Under the pieces are notes generated by a model. That model was not told the origin of the DNA. It did not search any database and was given only the letters and a program-made list of their open reading frames with translations. Made by a program: the position numbers and the translations under genes. A stretch of 64,000 bases of DNA, from assembly GCA_964016885.1 (NCBI GenBank), contig OZ024745.1, positions 102,114,001 through 102,178,000 of the forward strand, in the 5' to 3' direction. Source of the stretch: Eledone cirrhosa (Eukaryota). This document shows positions 37,830-49,357 of the stretch, one piece after another. Each line of letters starts with the position of its first letter. The stretch's first letter is position 1.

Positions 37830-40800
37830 GACGTTATTATTGTCAATTTTACTGATGTAGTATTAACTTGGATATTTACCATGCGACCCTCAGTTCCTAC
37901 CTCACAATTTCCCTCCCCCCCACCCCCACTCACCACCATAGTCTATTCGACCAATCAAACCTAGCATGCCATTTCCACTGCTGCTGCTGCTACTACCTGC
38001 CTAACTAACTCTCTCCTCCTCTGGCGCATCCCAACACACCCTGCCATTACCCCACCACCACTGTCCTTCTAGCCCTCAATTTTCCCACCGTTATGGATGG
38101 ATGAGCTGGGAATACACGAGCAACTCTGAATCAATAGATGAAATATGAATCTGCGAGCTACCAAGCACCCACGTGAAGCGCCAACCCAGAGACCCTCCCC
38201 TACGAGTGTCGACAAATGCCCAAAACTCCGAGTTGGTACCATCAATGTAGGCTCAATGAAAGGAAGAGCAGGAGAAATCGTAGAAATGCTAGAGCGAAAG
38301 GAAGTTGATGTATGCTGTGTGCAAGAGACTAGATGGAGAGGAGGGTCTGCTAGAGTCCTTGTAGGAAAAAGCCAGTGCTACAAATTTTTCTGGGTGGGAA
38401 ATGACGATGGGATGGGTGGTGTAGGTATACTATTAGCTGACAAGTGGGTAGATAAAGTAATCTCAGTGTACAGGGTAAATGCAAGAATCATTAAACTCAG
38501 ACTAGTCCTGAATAAGACAATTACCACAATAATATCAGCTTACGCACCCCAATCGGGGCTGCCAGACGAACTTAAGGATAGGTTTTACGAGTCCCTAATA
38601 CACACTACTGCTCTAACAGACGACAAGGACTTCCTAATCATTGCAGGAGATTTTAACGGACACGTAGGTAAACACTGCGACGGCTTCAATAGAGTACATG
38701 GAGGCCATGGAGTTGGCACAAGGAATGAGGAAGGATTCAGACTTCTAGAATTCTGCGACGCCAATGACATGTCGATATGTAACACAAACTTTAAAAAACC
38801 CGACAACCACCTGATCACCTATAGATCAGGGGAGCACTCTAGTCAGTTAGATTTTATCCTCATCAGAGGACGTGACAGATGGACGGTCGTAAACACAAAA
38901 GCCTTCCCTAGTGAGGAATGTACATCCCAACATAGCTTAGTTGTCAGCGACCTCACGGTCAGAACTAGACGAGCCCTGAAACAGAGGCCAACCTGGAGAA
39001 GAAAGATCTGGAAGCTGAAAGTCCCCTCAACCAGTAACAGATTTAAAGATATTTTACTCAACGCCTACGACAGTAAAGAAGAACAGATAGAGACATTTAA
39101 CGTAGAAGAGAACTGGGAGTTCCTAAAAAATAACTTACTAGAGGCGACGGATGAGGTTTGTGGCTGGAGTAAGACCTCAAGCAGGAGGAGAGTGACTTGG
39201 TGGTGGAACAATAAGGTAGATGAAGCAGTCAAGGCCAAGAGACAGGCATGGAAAGAATGGAAGAACGGGGGGAGCAGGGTACATTACATAGAGACCAAGA
39301 GGGAAGCTAGGCGACAAGTATACTTAGCTAGGAGGGAAGCAGAGGATAGAAAATTCAAGCATGTTTTACAACGTGAGGACCAGAAACAGGAGGTATTCAA
39401 GATTGCGAGGCAGTGTGTCAGAGATAGTTGTGATGTCATTGGAGAGAAGTGTATCCGGAATGATAAAGGTGAGCTTGCCCTCACAAGTGCTGAGAAGAAA
39501 GATGCATGGAAGAGTCATTATGATAGATTACTAAATGAGGAGAATGCATGGGAAGAAGAGACCCTACCCCACGTAGACCCTATAGAGGGACCAGCAGTAC
39601 AAGTCAGCGGCAGCGTAGTAAGTAAGGCAATCAGAGATATGAAGATAGGGAAGGCAACCGGTCCATCGGGTATAGCTGCCGAGATGCTGAAGGCATCTGG
39701 GTCTGTAGGTCACACTATAACCACACGTATCGTTAACCAGGTAATACTAGAGGGGGCCATACCAAAAGATTGGTGCAGTAGCATCATTGTCAACTGCTAC
39801 AAAGGTAAAGGCGATGCACTAGATAGAGGAAACTATAGAGGTATAAAGTTGATGGACCAGGTCATGAAAGTAACAGAAAGAGTTATAGCACAGCTGATTA
39901 GGGACCGGGTGAATATAGACGAGATGCAATTTGGGTTTGTACCAGGGAAAGGCACCACTGATGCCCTCTTCCTTGTGAGGCAATTACAGGAAAAGTACCT
40001 AGCTAAAAGTAAGCCACTCTACTTGGCATTTGTCGACCTTGAGAAAGCCTTTGACAGAGTTCCACGTGCAGTAATCTGGTGGGCTCTTAGAAAACTAGGA
40101 GTAGATGAATGGCTTGTGAAAGCGGTACAAGCCATGTATAGGGGAGCAGTCAGCAAAGTTAGGATTGGCAATGAGTATAGCGAGGAATTTAGCGTACAGG
40201 TTGGGGTCCACCAGGGCTCTGTGCTTAGCCCTCTCCTGTTCATCATAGTCCTGCAGGCAATAACGGAGGAGTTTAAGACCGGATGCCCATGGGAACTCCT
40301 GTATGCTGATGACCTCGCACTCATAGCTGAATCTATGGTAGAACTAGAGAATAAATTCCAAACCTGGAAGCAGGGACTAGAGAGAAAGGGCCTCAAAGTC
40401 AACATGACAAAGACTAAGGTCCTTATAAGTAGACGAGAAAACAGAACCCAGATCCCCTCAGGGAAATGGCCTTGCTCAGTATGTAGGAAAGGTGTAGGTA
40501 GGAACTCCATTCTCTGCCCCAAATGCAAACAATGGGTACACAAGAGATGTAGCGGGATCTCAGGAAGCTTAATTAAGAATCTAGGATTCACATGCAGCAG
40601 CTGTGCTGAAACAGCAAGCAAACAGCCACAGGAAACAAGTACCACCAATCTCTGGGAGGGCCCTGTAGAAACAGTAGACAGCTTCTGCTACCTAGGTGAC
40701 CGAATTAGCAACGGAGGTGGGTGCTCAGAAAGTACAATAACTAGGGTAAGAACGGGATGGAAGAAGTTTAGGGAACTACTACCACTGCTAGCTGCAAAAG

Positions 40801-41565
40801 GCTTCTCCCTCAGAATGAAAGGCAGACTGTATGATGCGTGTATCCGAACAGCGATGTTGCATGGTAGTGAGACCTGGGCGCTGAAGGTGGAAGACTTACG
40901 TAGATTAGAGAGAAACGAAGCCTGCATGCTCCGATGGATGTGTAACAGTAATATACGTGAACGACAAAGCATAAATGAATTGAGAGAGAGACTGAGCATA
41001 AGAGGAATCAAATGCTGCGTGCAGGAGAGGCGGTTACGCTGGTATGGACATGTGATGCGTATGAAGGATGACAGCTGCATAAAAAGGTGCAGAGCACTAG
41101 AAGTTGATGGAAACCGCGGAGTGGGGAGACCCAAGATGACTTGGGATGAGGTGATAAAAGCCGACCTTACCCAACTACACCTCTCAAAGTCAATGACACA
41201 CGACCGTGACTTCTGGCGTCACGCAGTAATACAGGGTACCCGACCTCCCATGGGTACATGCTGAAGCATATAAACAATATGCCCCCCCCCCCCACCGCAA
41301 GGTGGTCGTGGAGGTGCCACGGCAAAAAAGCACCCAGCCCACACTGTAAAGTGGACGTGTAGGCGCCACGAAAAAGCACCCAGCACTCACTGTAAATGAG
41401 GTTGGTGTTAGGAAGGGCATCCAGCTGTAGAAATCAAGCCAGATCAGTTCCTGTATGAGCAAGGCATGGTCAGCCGACCAGACACTGCCCACAACAGGAC
41501 AACCCGTCTAACCCATGCTAGCGTGGAAGAACGGACGTAAAACGGTGATGATGATGATGATGATG
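37830..41565 (+). mobile_element. Intact RTE-clade LINE (5' UTR, single ORF, 3' UTR, (GAT)n tail)
   Basis: Uninterrupted APE+RT ORF; ~300-bp 3' UTR ending AACGGTGATGATGATG. Confidence 0.95.
38145..41264 (+). CDS. RTE LINE polyprotein: APE endonuclease, reverse transcriptase, PHD-like zinc finger
   Basis: APE motifs GTINVG, VQETRW, YAPQ, GDFNGH, QLDFI, QHSLV; RT motifs NYRGIKL, QFGF, FVDLEKAFD, GVHQGSVLSP, YADD, FCYLG; RTE C-terminus RRLRWYGH...GRPK.TW. Confidence 0.97.
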   Translation: MNLRATKHPREAPTQRPSPTSVDKCPKLRVGTINVGSMKGRAGEIVEMLERKEVDVCCVQETRWRGGSARVLVGKSQCYKFFWVGNDDGMGGVGILLADKWVDKVISVYRVNARIIKLRLVLNKTITTIISAYAPQSGLPDELKDRFYESLIHTTALTDDKDFLIIAGDFNGHVGKHCDGFNRVHGGHGVGTRNEEGFRLLEFCDANDMSICNTNFKKPDNHLITYRSGEHSSQLDFILIRGRDRWTVVNTKAFPSEECTSQHSLVVSDLTVRTRRALKQRPTWRRKIWKLKVPSTSNRFKDILLNAYDSKEEQIETFNVEENWEFLKNNLLEATDEVCGWSKTSSRRRVTWWWNNKVDEAVKAKRQAWKEWKNGGSRVHYIETKREARRQVYLARREAEDRKFKHVLQREDQKQEVFKIARQCVRDSCDVIGEKCIRNDKGELALTSAEKKDAWKSHYDRLLNEENAWEEETLPHVDPIEGPAVQVSGSVVSKAIRDMKIGKATGPSGIAAEMLKASGSVGHTITTRIVNQVILEGAIPKDWCSSIIVNCYKGKGDALDRGNYRGIKLMDQVMKVTERVIAQLIRDRVNIDEMQFGFVPGKGTTDALFLVRQLQEKYLAKSKPLYLAFVDLEKAFDRVPRAVIWWALRKLGVDEWLVKAVQAMYRGAVSKVRIGNEYSEEFSVQVGVHQGSVLSPLLFIIVLQAITEEFKTGCPWELLYADDLALIAESMVELENKFQTWKQGLERKGLKVNMTKTKVLISRRENRTQIPSGKWPCSVCRKGVGRNSILCPKCKQWVHKRCSGISGSLIKNLGFTCSSCAETASKQPQETSTTNLWEGPVETVDSFCYLGDRISNGGGCSESTITRVRTGWKKFRELLPLLAAKGFSLRMKGRLYDACIRTAMLHGSETWALKVEDLRRLERNEACMLRWMCNSNIRERQSINELRERLSIRGIKCCVQERRLRWYGHVMRMKDDSCIKRCRALEVDGNRGVGRPKMTWDEVIKADLTQLHLSKSMTHDRDFWRHAVIQGTRPPMGTC

Positions 41566-41645
41566 ACACATAAAATTAGCTTTTCTTCTAATAGACATGA
41601 AGTAATAGCATGAGTATAGTTGCAGTGCTGTATATATATATATAT

Positions 41646-41959
41646 TTCTTTAGGTTTGTTGGTTCACCACTGGATAGAATTGGTCATTCCGTATGGTCAA
41701 TCTTGGTGTAATATTGTGGAGAGTACTCAACATAGTGCAGTTCACCTGTCTTTGTTTGTGTAGTTGGTGGTGCAAATACGGAGTTAATTATAAATAAAAT
41801 AACAGGAGGCTGGACTGGTGTAAATCCTTGAAAGGTTTATTATACTATGATCATTTCAATGACCGGGTTCCATATGAATCCGGTGATATCATCAGGTATT
41901 CGAAATGATCATAGTATAATAAACCTTTCAAGGATTTACACCAGTCCAGCCTCCTGTTA

Positions 41960-41969
<10 letters not shown>
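41646..41969 (-). mobile_element. Short PLE-derived fold-back element between TA tracts; 68-bp arms 41790-41857 / 41902-41969
   Basis: Exact inverted arms; the spacer holds the 5' half of a hammerhead. Confidence 0.8.
41842..41899 (-). ncRNA. Type I minimal hammerhead ribozyme (intact core)
   Basis: ATAC-CTGATGA-TATCACCGGATTC atatg GAACCCGGTCATT-GAAA-TGATCA-TA/GTAT. Confidence 0.78.
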
Positions 41970-41992
<23 letters not shown>

Positions 41993-42701
41993 GATATGCT
42001 AGCAGTGTATCCCAGCTTTGCACGGGTAAGAACATTGATAATAGCACCTCCAATGAGAAACGTTTATTTGTGAGTGCCTGTTAAAATTTCACGAAAATAT
42101 ACCGACAGGAAACTTGTTTTATTTGGAGAAAATTAAGAAGTTGAAAGTACAGTTTAGCTGTCTATGTGCATTGTTCATAGAAATATTGTTGAGCCCCTTC
42201 TTTTCATACTCTACTGTTTTGGCCTTTTGGAGTAAATGTGAAAGAGAAAGTCACAGGTTAAGTTGGCAGAAGGTTCCAGTGTCATAGCAGTAAGGCGTAG
42301 GCTACTTACCTCAAAAGTTCATTCGCACTCTTTCTCTCTATCCCTTTCGGTGCAGTCCCTTGCAAATTTTTTGCGTAGGCCTGGTGTAGATTTGCACCCG
42401 ATGCACATGTCCACTTTGTACGGCTTTTGGAGGAAGGAGTGACCAGCAGTACGTTGTTCGGTATTATTACGAAAAGGTGTAGCAGAGAATCCCACGTGAA
42501 CTAACAACTCGGGAGGAAACTGTTTACCTCGAAGATTCATTCACCATCGTTCTTGTCAATGCTCCGTTTACTTGGTATTTGTTGGTCTACAGTTAGATGA
42601 ATGGCGCACAAAGGGTTAATGTTTATTGGCAAAAGTTTTTTGAATAATAAAAGACGGGTTAAAGCGACCCACAATGTATCTGTGTATATATATATATATA
42701 T

Positions 42702-42980
42702 ATCATCATCATCATCATCATCGTTTAACGTCCATGTTCCACGCTTGCATGGGTTTGGACGGGAGTTTTCCCACTTGAGGCAAGAGTGGTTGTCTTGCTC
42801 GCATAGGACTGTCTGGCAGGTTTTCTACAGCTGGATGCCCTTCCTAACACCAACCACATTTACAGTGTGGGACTGGGAGGTTTTTACCGTGTTGCCTACA
42901 CGGCCACATTACAGCATGGACTGTGTGTTTTTTTGTCGTGACACCTACACGATCTCATTTGTTTCGGCCTGGATGTTGTG
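42702..42980 (-). mobile_element. RTE subfamily 3' UTR/tail
   Basis: (TCA)n then GTTTAACGTCCATGTTCCACGCTTGCATGGG...CTGGATGCCCTTCCTAACACC; close to 19906-20093. Confidence 0.85.
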
Positions 42981-43068
42981 GCACCAACATAACTTTACAT
43001 TGAAAGATATATATATATACATATATATATAAATTTTGAAATGGTGGCAGGTACTTCTAGGTACTTCT

Positions 43069-43757
43069 AGGTACTTCTCCTGTAGTTGTCGTACAATGAA
43101 AAGAGCGTCTGTGGTACTTTTGCCTGACACAAACCCGAACTGCATTTCATCTAGATCAATTCTCTCTCTGATTAGTTGCGCTATTACTTTTTCCGTGACC
43201 TTCATGACCTGGTCAATTAATTTAATGCCTCTATAGTTACTCCTATCTAGGGCGTCTCCTTTACCCTTGTAGCAGTTAATGATGATGATGCTACGCCAGT
43301 CCTTCGGAACAACCCCATTCTGTATGACTTGGTTTACTATCCGGGTGACCATGGTGTGTCCCACCGTTCCAGAGGCTTTCAGCATCTGAGCAACTATTAC
43401 CGAAGGCCCAGCCGCCTTACCTGTCTTCATATCTTTGATTGCCTTACTTATTATACTACCTTCGACTAACACTGCTGGTCCCTCTATTGGGTCGATGTGG
43501 GGGAGACTGTCTTTCTCCCATTTATTCTCCTCATTTAGTAGCCTTTCGTAGTGACACTTCCAAGCTACCTTCTTATCAGCGTCAGTGATGGCAAGTACGC
43601 CATCATCATTAAGTACACACTTCTCCCCAACAATATCACGGTTTTCCTTGACACATTGCCTAGCAATCCTGAACACCTCACGTTTTTGGTCCTCGCGTTG
43701 TAGAACATGTTTGAACTTTCTTTCCTCTGCTTCCCTTCTTGCGAAGTACAATTGTCT
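43069..43757 (-). pseudogene. Internal RT-region fragment of a close relative of the 38145 RTE
   Basis: [25 protein letters not shown]...[12 protein letters not shown] aligns with the intact ORF; the ORF's N-terminus is microsatellite. Confidence 0.93.
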
Positions 43758-43975
43758 TATATATATATATATATATATATACACAGATACATATATATAT
43801 ATATGTGTGTGTATGTATGTATATATATATATATATATATGTTTGTGTGTGTATATATATACATATATTTTTATGTATATATTTATATATATATGTATAT
43901 GTGTATATATATATATATGTGTATATGTGTTTGTATATATATATGTGTGTATATATGTGTCTGTATATGTATATA
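43758..43975. repeat. (TA)n/(TG)n microsatellite
   Basis: Direct reading. Confidence 0.95.
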
Positions 43976-45369
43976 TCATCATAATTATCGTTTAATGTCT
44001 ATCTTCCACGCTAGCATGGGTTTAGATGTGTATAAAAGGAACGATCGACTTTTTTGTCAAATCGGACCGAGGGAACAATGTTTCCGTTGGTCTTTCCAAT
44101 TGCTAATACTATCTATCGGTCACAACTCCAGGTAGAAGGAGCAACGTGAAAATAAAGTGTCTTACTCAAGGACATAACGCATCACCTGGTTAGATGTGTA
44201 TATATATGTATATATAAGTATATATGTATATATATGTGTGTGTGTGTGTGAATGTAGCGAAGATAATACGTCAGCAATTATGTGTTCATCAGAATGTCGT
44301 TATGCAGACAGTCAGACATATGGACAGATAGTATAAGGGCTCGACGGAGATCGATAACCGGCGCCTAACACCCCTTTAACAACAGAAAATTGAAAAATAA
44401 AAGCTGCAGTTAGTATCTTTAGACTGCAAGTTTGAAGTCAATCAGAGAAGAAATGTGGATTTGTATAGACTTTACAAAAATGAGGACACACACACAGACA
44501 ACATCAGTTTTATATATATGTATAGATATATACCATAATTATACTATAGACTGACTAACAATATGGAATAATTAATAATTAGATGTCTTTGACAACAGAT
44601 CTACAATCTAGCATGTATAAGATATAAAAAAATAAGTTATATGGAGTAGTAGTAGTAGTGGTGGTGCTGTTGGTAGAAAATCACTAATTTGTTGGACACA
44701 CTGTTTTGAGAAATCAAATAAAAGTTCATCTCTCTCATTTCAATGATTGAGGATTCAACATTTTCATTATTCTCTAACAATTGTTAATCTAATGGAGTAG
44801 ATATTTTTTCAGTGAAACTGGTGATCAGACAGTATTAGCATATTTTTTAAATCAAACATAAGACATATAGAATACTACTCTACTAACATCTGGGACAATG
44901 CTGTTGCACACAGGGACAGCCTGGACTACACCACAAAACAAGCCACATAACTGATTAGCACAGACTCGCTCTCCCACACACAACAACCATTAGCCAACAG
45001 ACATGCTGTTTCTTCACACTGCATTTTCCACTGTTACTACTTTAGTCTCTATTCCTCAAAGCTGGGTAATCTTATACTAACTCCACCCAGGCACTCCAAA
45101 CACATTTTCTTTTCCTCTTATCACTCATATTGTGTCTACTACCCTTGGCCCTAAACACTAATTAATCCAGTGGAGCCTCAGTTCATGAACTTAATTTGTT
45201 CCTGAAGGCCTTTCGTCAACCAAAATATTTGTAACCTGAAACTATTTTTCCCATATGAAATGTTGAGAGAGAAATAGTGAGAGTGAGAGACTGTGTATGA
45301 AAGGCAGATAGATAGATATCACCATTGTAATTAACTACACAAGTGATGCTTTCCCACCAATACTTCTAG

Positions 45370-46770
45370 CTTGTCACCAACTGTTGTTGCCTGCTTGTGT
45401 ATTTGTTACTTGAGACCCTGTTCATCAACTGAGATTCCACTGTATGTCCAATCCGTTCTCCACAGGATGTCAACCCTCTCAAATTTCCTCTTTGCAAAAG
45501 TTTTTTCCTGTATTCATTATTTGGTAGTTGTTCAAGGACATCAACCTCACTGTACTTGAAGAACTTGTAAAGGTCATAAGTTTAGCCCCTTTGTCCAGCC
45601 AATCAAAAACTGACATAAACTTGTATATTTTTACCCATAAATTTGTAAATGGTTTCTTTAAATGTGGTATAAAATATAACAATATATTGTTTCTTTTTCT
45701 TACTGAAATAAAATCTAATAAAAACAAAAAGGACACAGCATTGAATATTAGTAAGTGTAAATATAGTATTTATAAATTCAGTTTTTCAAGTAACTTCTGC
45801 AGAATCTCTTATGTATCCTTACTATTGTTGTAGTAGTTTGTCCTCCAGGTTAGCTCTAACTGAGCAGACTTGTGGTCACAGGTATCCATGCTGTGTTCAA
45901 GTTGGCAATTATTTGTTTCTGTCAAATTATAGTAATGACACTAATCCTTCCTGCCTTTCCTTCAACTTCTGGTGGTGTTGTAGGGCAGAGCTCATCCTTC
46001 TCTAGATCTAACCACAGCTGGTTTCTTCCAGATTTTTTTCAGGAAAATAGTGTAGAAGTTTTCTCACTGGCTTTTTCTTGTATTAGTTATAGCTATATAG
46101 ACATTATTGATCTGTAACAAACACTATATTTGGTTAAGATGGTTCATGGCTCCCTCCTGCGATTTTTTTTCTTCTTCTTCATGTAGAACAATTCTATTTT
46201 AGTTCTTTATTTCTTTAGGTGGAGGAAGATAAGTTGTTTGTCTATTGGTAATCAATGAAGACCTTGGGTTTTGGTGTCTGTAGATGGTTAGTGAGGTTGT
46301 GTCTAGCTCAGAAATAATGGCACATGTGGTCTGTGGCTTCATTTGAAATGCTAGCTAACCTGGTTTTCTAGAACTCACACTTTGTTTCTTCTGCCTGAAG
46401 GTGTGTCTCTTGCAATGATTTTGAACCTTTGTTGATGACTATGCATAATAGAGGCCTTTTTGAGCAATCCATTTTCATGATTTTTACGTCAATGATTATG
46501 GCTTTTAATCTTACTTTCTAGCTATCCTTGTAGCTTTTTTTCTTACCGCCAACAGCTCTCTATGGGTGGAGGAATATATGTTATTTTCAGGTATATGGCT
46601 CACATGAATCTGAAAGAAACTTGTTAATGAATCATTGAGCTTCCATTTGTTTCTGTCAAATTATAGTAATGACAATAATCCTTCTTCCTTTTAAGCCCTC
46701 AACTCTTGGTGGAGTTTTAGGGGCAGAGCTCATCCTTCTCTAGATCTGAACACAGCTGATTTCTTCCAGG
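45370..46770 (-). pseudogene. Highly decayed non-LTR retrotransposon sequence with local duplication (~45910-46030 vs ~46645-46770)
   Basis: Duplication seen directly (TTTGTTTCTGTCAAATTATAGTAATGACA...GGGCAGAGCTCATCCTTCTCTAGATCT); LINE origin inferred from composition only. Confidence 0.35.
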
Positions 46771-47275
46771 GAGTAGTAGAAAGAAAGAGAGGGAGAGAAG
46801 TGAAGAAGAAGAAGAAGAATTGATGCCAGTATTAAACTGGTATTTTATTTATTGAATCAGTAGATCAAGATGTTGAACTAACCTCCGACTAATCAACCTG
46901 ATACATTGCTTCACCATTTCTGACACTCTATTTAAAATAATTATTATAAAGAGCACTTACATAAACACTTTGTTCTTAGAAGCAAGTCCAGTGTTTCCCT
47001 ATTGCTGACTACACTAGTATCATTAATATGAATATTGTACTCTAACATTGTTATAGTGTTTGTAAATTACTGCTAAAGTTATCACTGCTTGTTATTACTA
47101 CAGTGAAAATGTCAATCTTTTTGATACCACCCTGTTCAAAACCAGCCCTGGTTCTAAGGGGGAAAAAAACACATTTTAAAGGGTACCTATTCAAATTAGA
47201 ATCTTCCAGCATAATTTTATATAATAATCATGTTAAGTTACTCTATTAGTAATAAAATAGTAATTTTAGTAAATA

Positions 47276-48190
47276 CTAGCAGAATGGCCCGGCATTGCTC
47301 GGGATTTACTCTAGGGTTCTTATATATTTGATATATATTTATCCTTATCGAGCCTCGTGAAATAAATGTGTTTGTTTATATTTTGTTAATGTGTATGCAA
47401 AAATATCTGTACACGAATATATAATTATATATATATATTAAAATAACAGATTTAAGTTTAAGCAAAGAATCACTGCTTTCATACTTAACGGGATCTTCTG
47501 AAACTAAAAAAATCAATCTGTGAATGCAGAAAATGAATCGCTGCTTTCACCCTTAACGGGATCTTCTACCTAAAAGCAGTATGAAGTACACTAAGACTAA
47601 CTGATGTAATCGTTGGCCTTGTTTGTTTATATTTTGTTTTTGTGTATGCAAAAATATCTCTACATGAATATCTATATTAAAATAACATATTAATGTTTAA
47701 GCAAAGAATCGCTGCTTTCAACCTTAACGGGATCTTCTGAAACTAAAAAAATCAATCTGTGAACGCAGATGTAAATATTTCGAAAAATGATGCAACCGAA
47801 GGAAAACAGGAAGATGATAGTTTGGTTCATGAAGACGTTCCCTGGCATAAGAATATATATATATATATACATATATACACACACACACACACTGATCGCA
47901 TAATAATGTTGTAATGCAGACAGCCAGGCATACAGATAGATATTATGAAGGCGCGACATCATATCTAAAAAGATCTATCTAAAAAGAGAAAGACTAAGAG
48001 AAAGAGAAAGAGATCGCTAAATCGCCTAATGCGGTCCCTAGGGCATTGAAAATTTGAAATTTCTTTTGCTCAGAACACTCAATAGGACCATAAGTATTAC
48101 ATGTGTAAAGTTTGAAAAAAAACGGTTGGGTGGTTCTCGAGTTTTAGGGAAACAGATACACAGACATTCTTTGTTTTATATATATAGAGA
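47276..48190 (-). mobile_element. Non-autonomous Helitron, same family as 1115-2482 but lacking the helicase fragment
   Basis: CTAG 47276-79, hairpin CCCGGCATTGCTCGGG, TC end at 48190; shared AAAGAATCGCTGCTTTCAACCTTAACGGGATCTTCTG blocks, internally repeated. Confidence 0.88.
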
Positions 48191-48659
48191 TATCAATATT
48201 TTTCATTAGTTGTATTAGAATGCGTATTTCATTAGTAATATGATTACAAATTGGTCCCAAGTTGGAAGATAGAATAAAGTGCCAGTCATGTACTGGGGTC
48301 AGTTTAATTGACTAGATCCTTTTGATAAATTTCTGGCTTAAAGCCAAAATTAGAAATCATTATTATGTGCTTAGAATGTCTAAGGAAAGAATAGCTTTAC
48401 AGATAAAGCCAACTGGCAAGAGACCCAGAGGTAGACTACGAGCAAAATGGTTGATTGGGTAACAGCCATAAGTTCAGTTGATCACACTTCTGATAGGACT
48501 CCCCGAAAGATGTGTCTAAGGACTCTTCCCTCACAACCCTTACAGGAATAATTAGAAAAAGGAGAAGATGAGGATGATTTCAAATACAACTGGGATCAAC
48601 ATTGCCTTTCCTCCAGGAACAATAAAAGAAGTACTGGTAATACACTGGGATCAGTTTAA

Positions 48660-49357
48660 CCATTTTAGCATTTAAACAGGCTGTATCTGGCCAGAATTTT
48701 CTCACCTCTTTCTGTTCAAACTGGCTGTAACTGATTGCTCATACTTATGTAAAGGTATTGTTCTTGAGAACAATAAATAACATCAAAATCTTGTAGATTC
48801 GATATATGTGAGGTAATTATGTGAGATAAAGCCATTAACACAAAAATACAATAGTATAAATATATAGTCCTATCATCTCATTTCTACAGCTGAGTAAACT
48901 GGAGCAATGTGAAATAAAGAGTCTTACTCAAGGAAACAACACATCACCTGGTCTGAGAATTGAACTCACAACCTTTTGGCCTTGCAATCGAAAGGTTGTG
49001 AGTTCAATTCTCAGACCGGGTGATGCGTTGTTTCCTTGAGCAAGACATTTTATTTCAAATTGCTCTTACTCAGCTGTAGAAATGAGATGATAGGACTGGG
49101 GTCCCTATCATTCCACTGCAAAGTGGTCATGGAGGTGCCACGGCAAAAAAGCACCCAGCCCACTGTAAAGTGGACGTGTAGGCGCCACAGAAAAAAAGCA
49201 CCCAGCACTCACTGTAAATGAGGTTGGTGTTAGGAAGGGCATCCAGCTGTAGAAATCAATCCAGAATCAATTCCCGTCCCACCCTTGCAGGCAGGGAAAA
49301 GTGGACGTAAAATGATGATGATGATGATGATGATAGAGGCATGTAAATACTAAAGAG
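48660..49357 (+). mobile_element. piggyBac MITE interrupted by a SINE
   Basis: TTAA at 48656-59 and 49358-61; MITE body 48660-48865 resumes at ~49334. Confidence 0.8.
48866..49334 (+). mobile_element. tRNA-headed, RTE-tailed SINE with 5' inverted duplication
   Basis: 48866-48975 is the reverse complement of ~48991-49098; tail 49120-49334 closely matches the LINE 3' UTR. Confidence 0.85.

Larger units (their letters stand above)
41999..44526 (-). mobile_element. Helitron-like element with nested RTE, SINE and microsatellite insertions
   Basis: CTAG at 41999-42002 plus hairpin CCCAGCTTTGCACGGG; 44255-44526 resembles the TC-end region of the other Helitron copies. Confidence 0.55.

Noticed and set aside
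37743-37964. 73-aa ORF as LINE ORF1
   Set aside because: It starts within the last satellite monomer and reads into the C-rich UTR; no recognisable domain. At most a uORF.
38585-41492. Minus-strand ORFs overlapping the LINE
   Set aside because: Antisense shadows of the long sense ORF, with no motifs.
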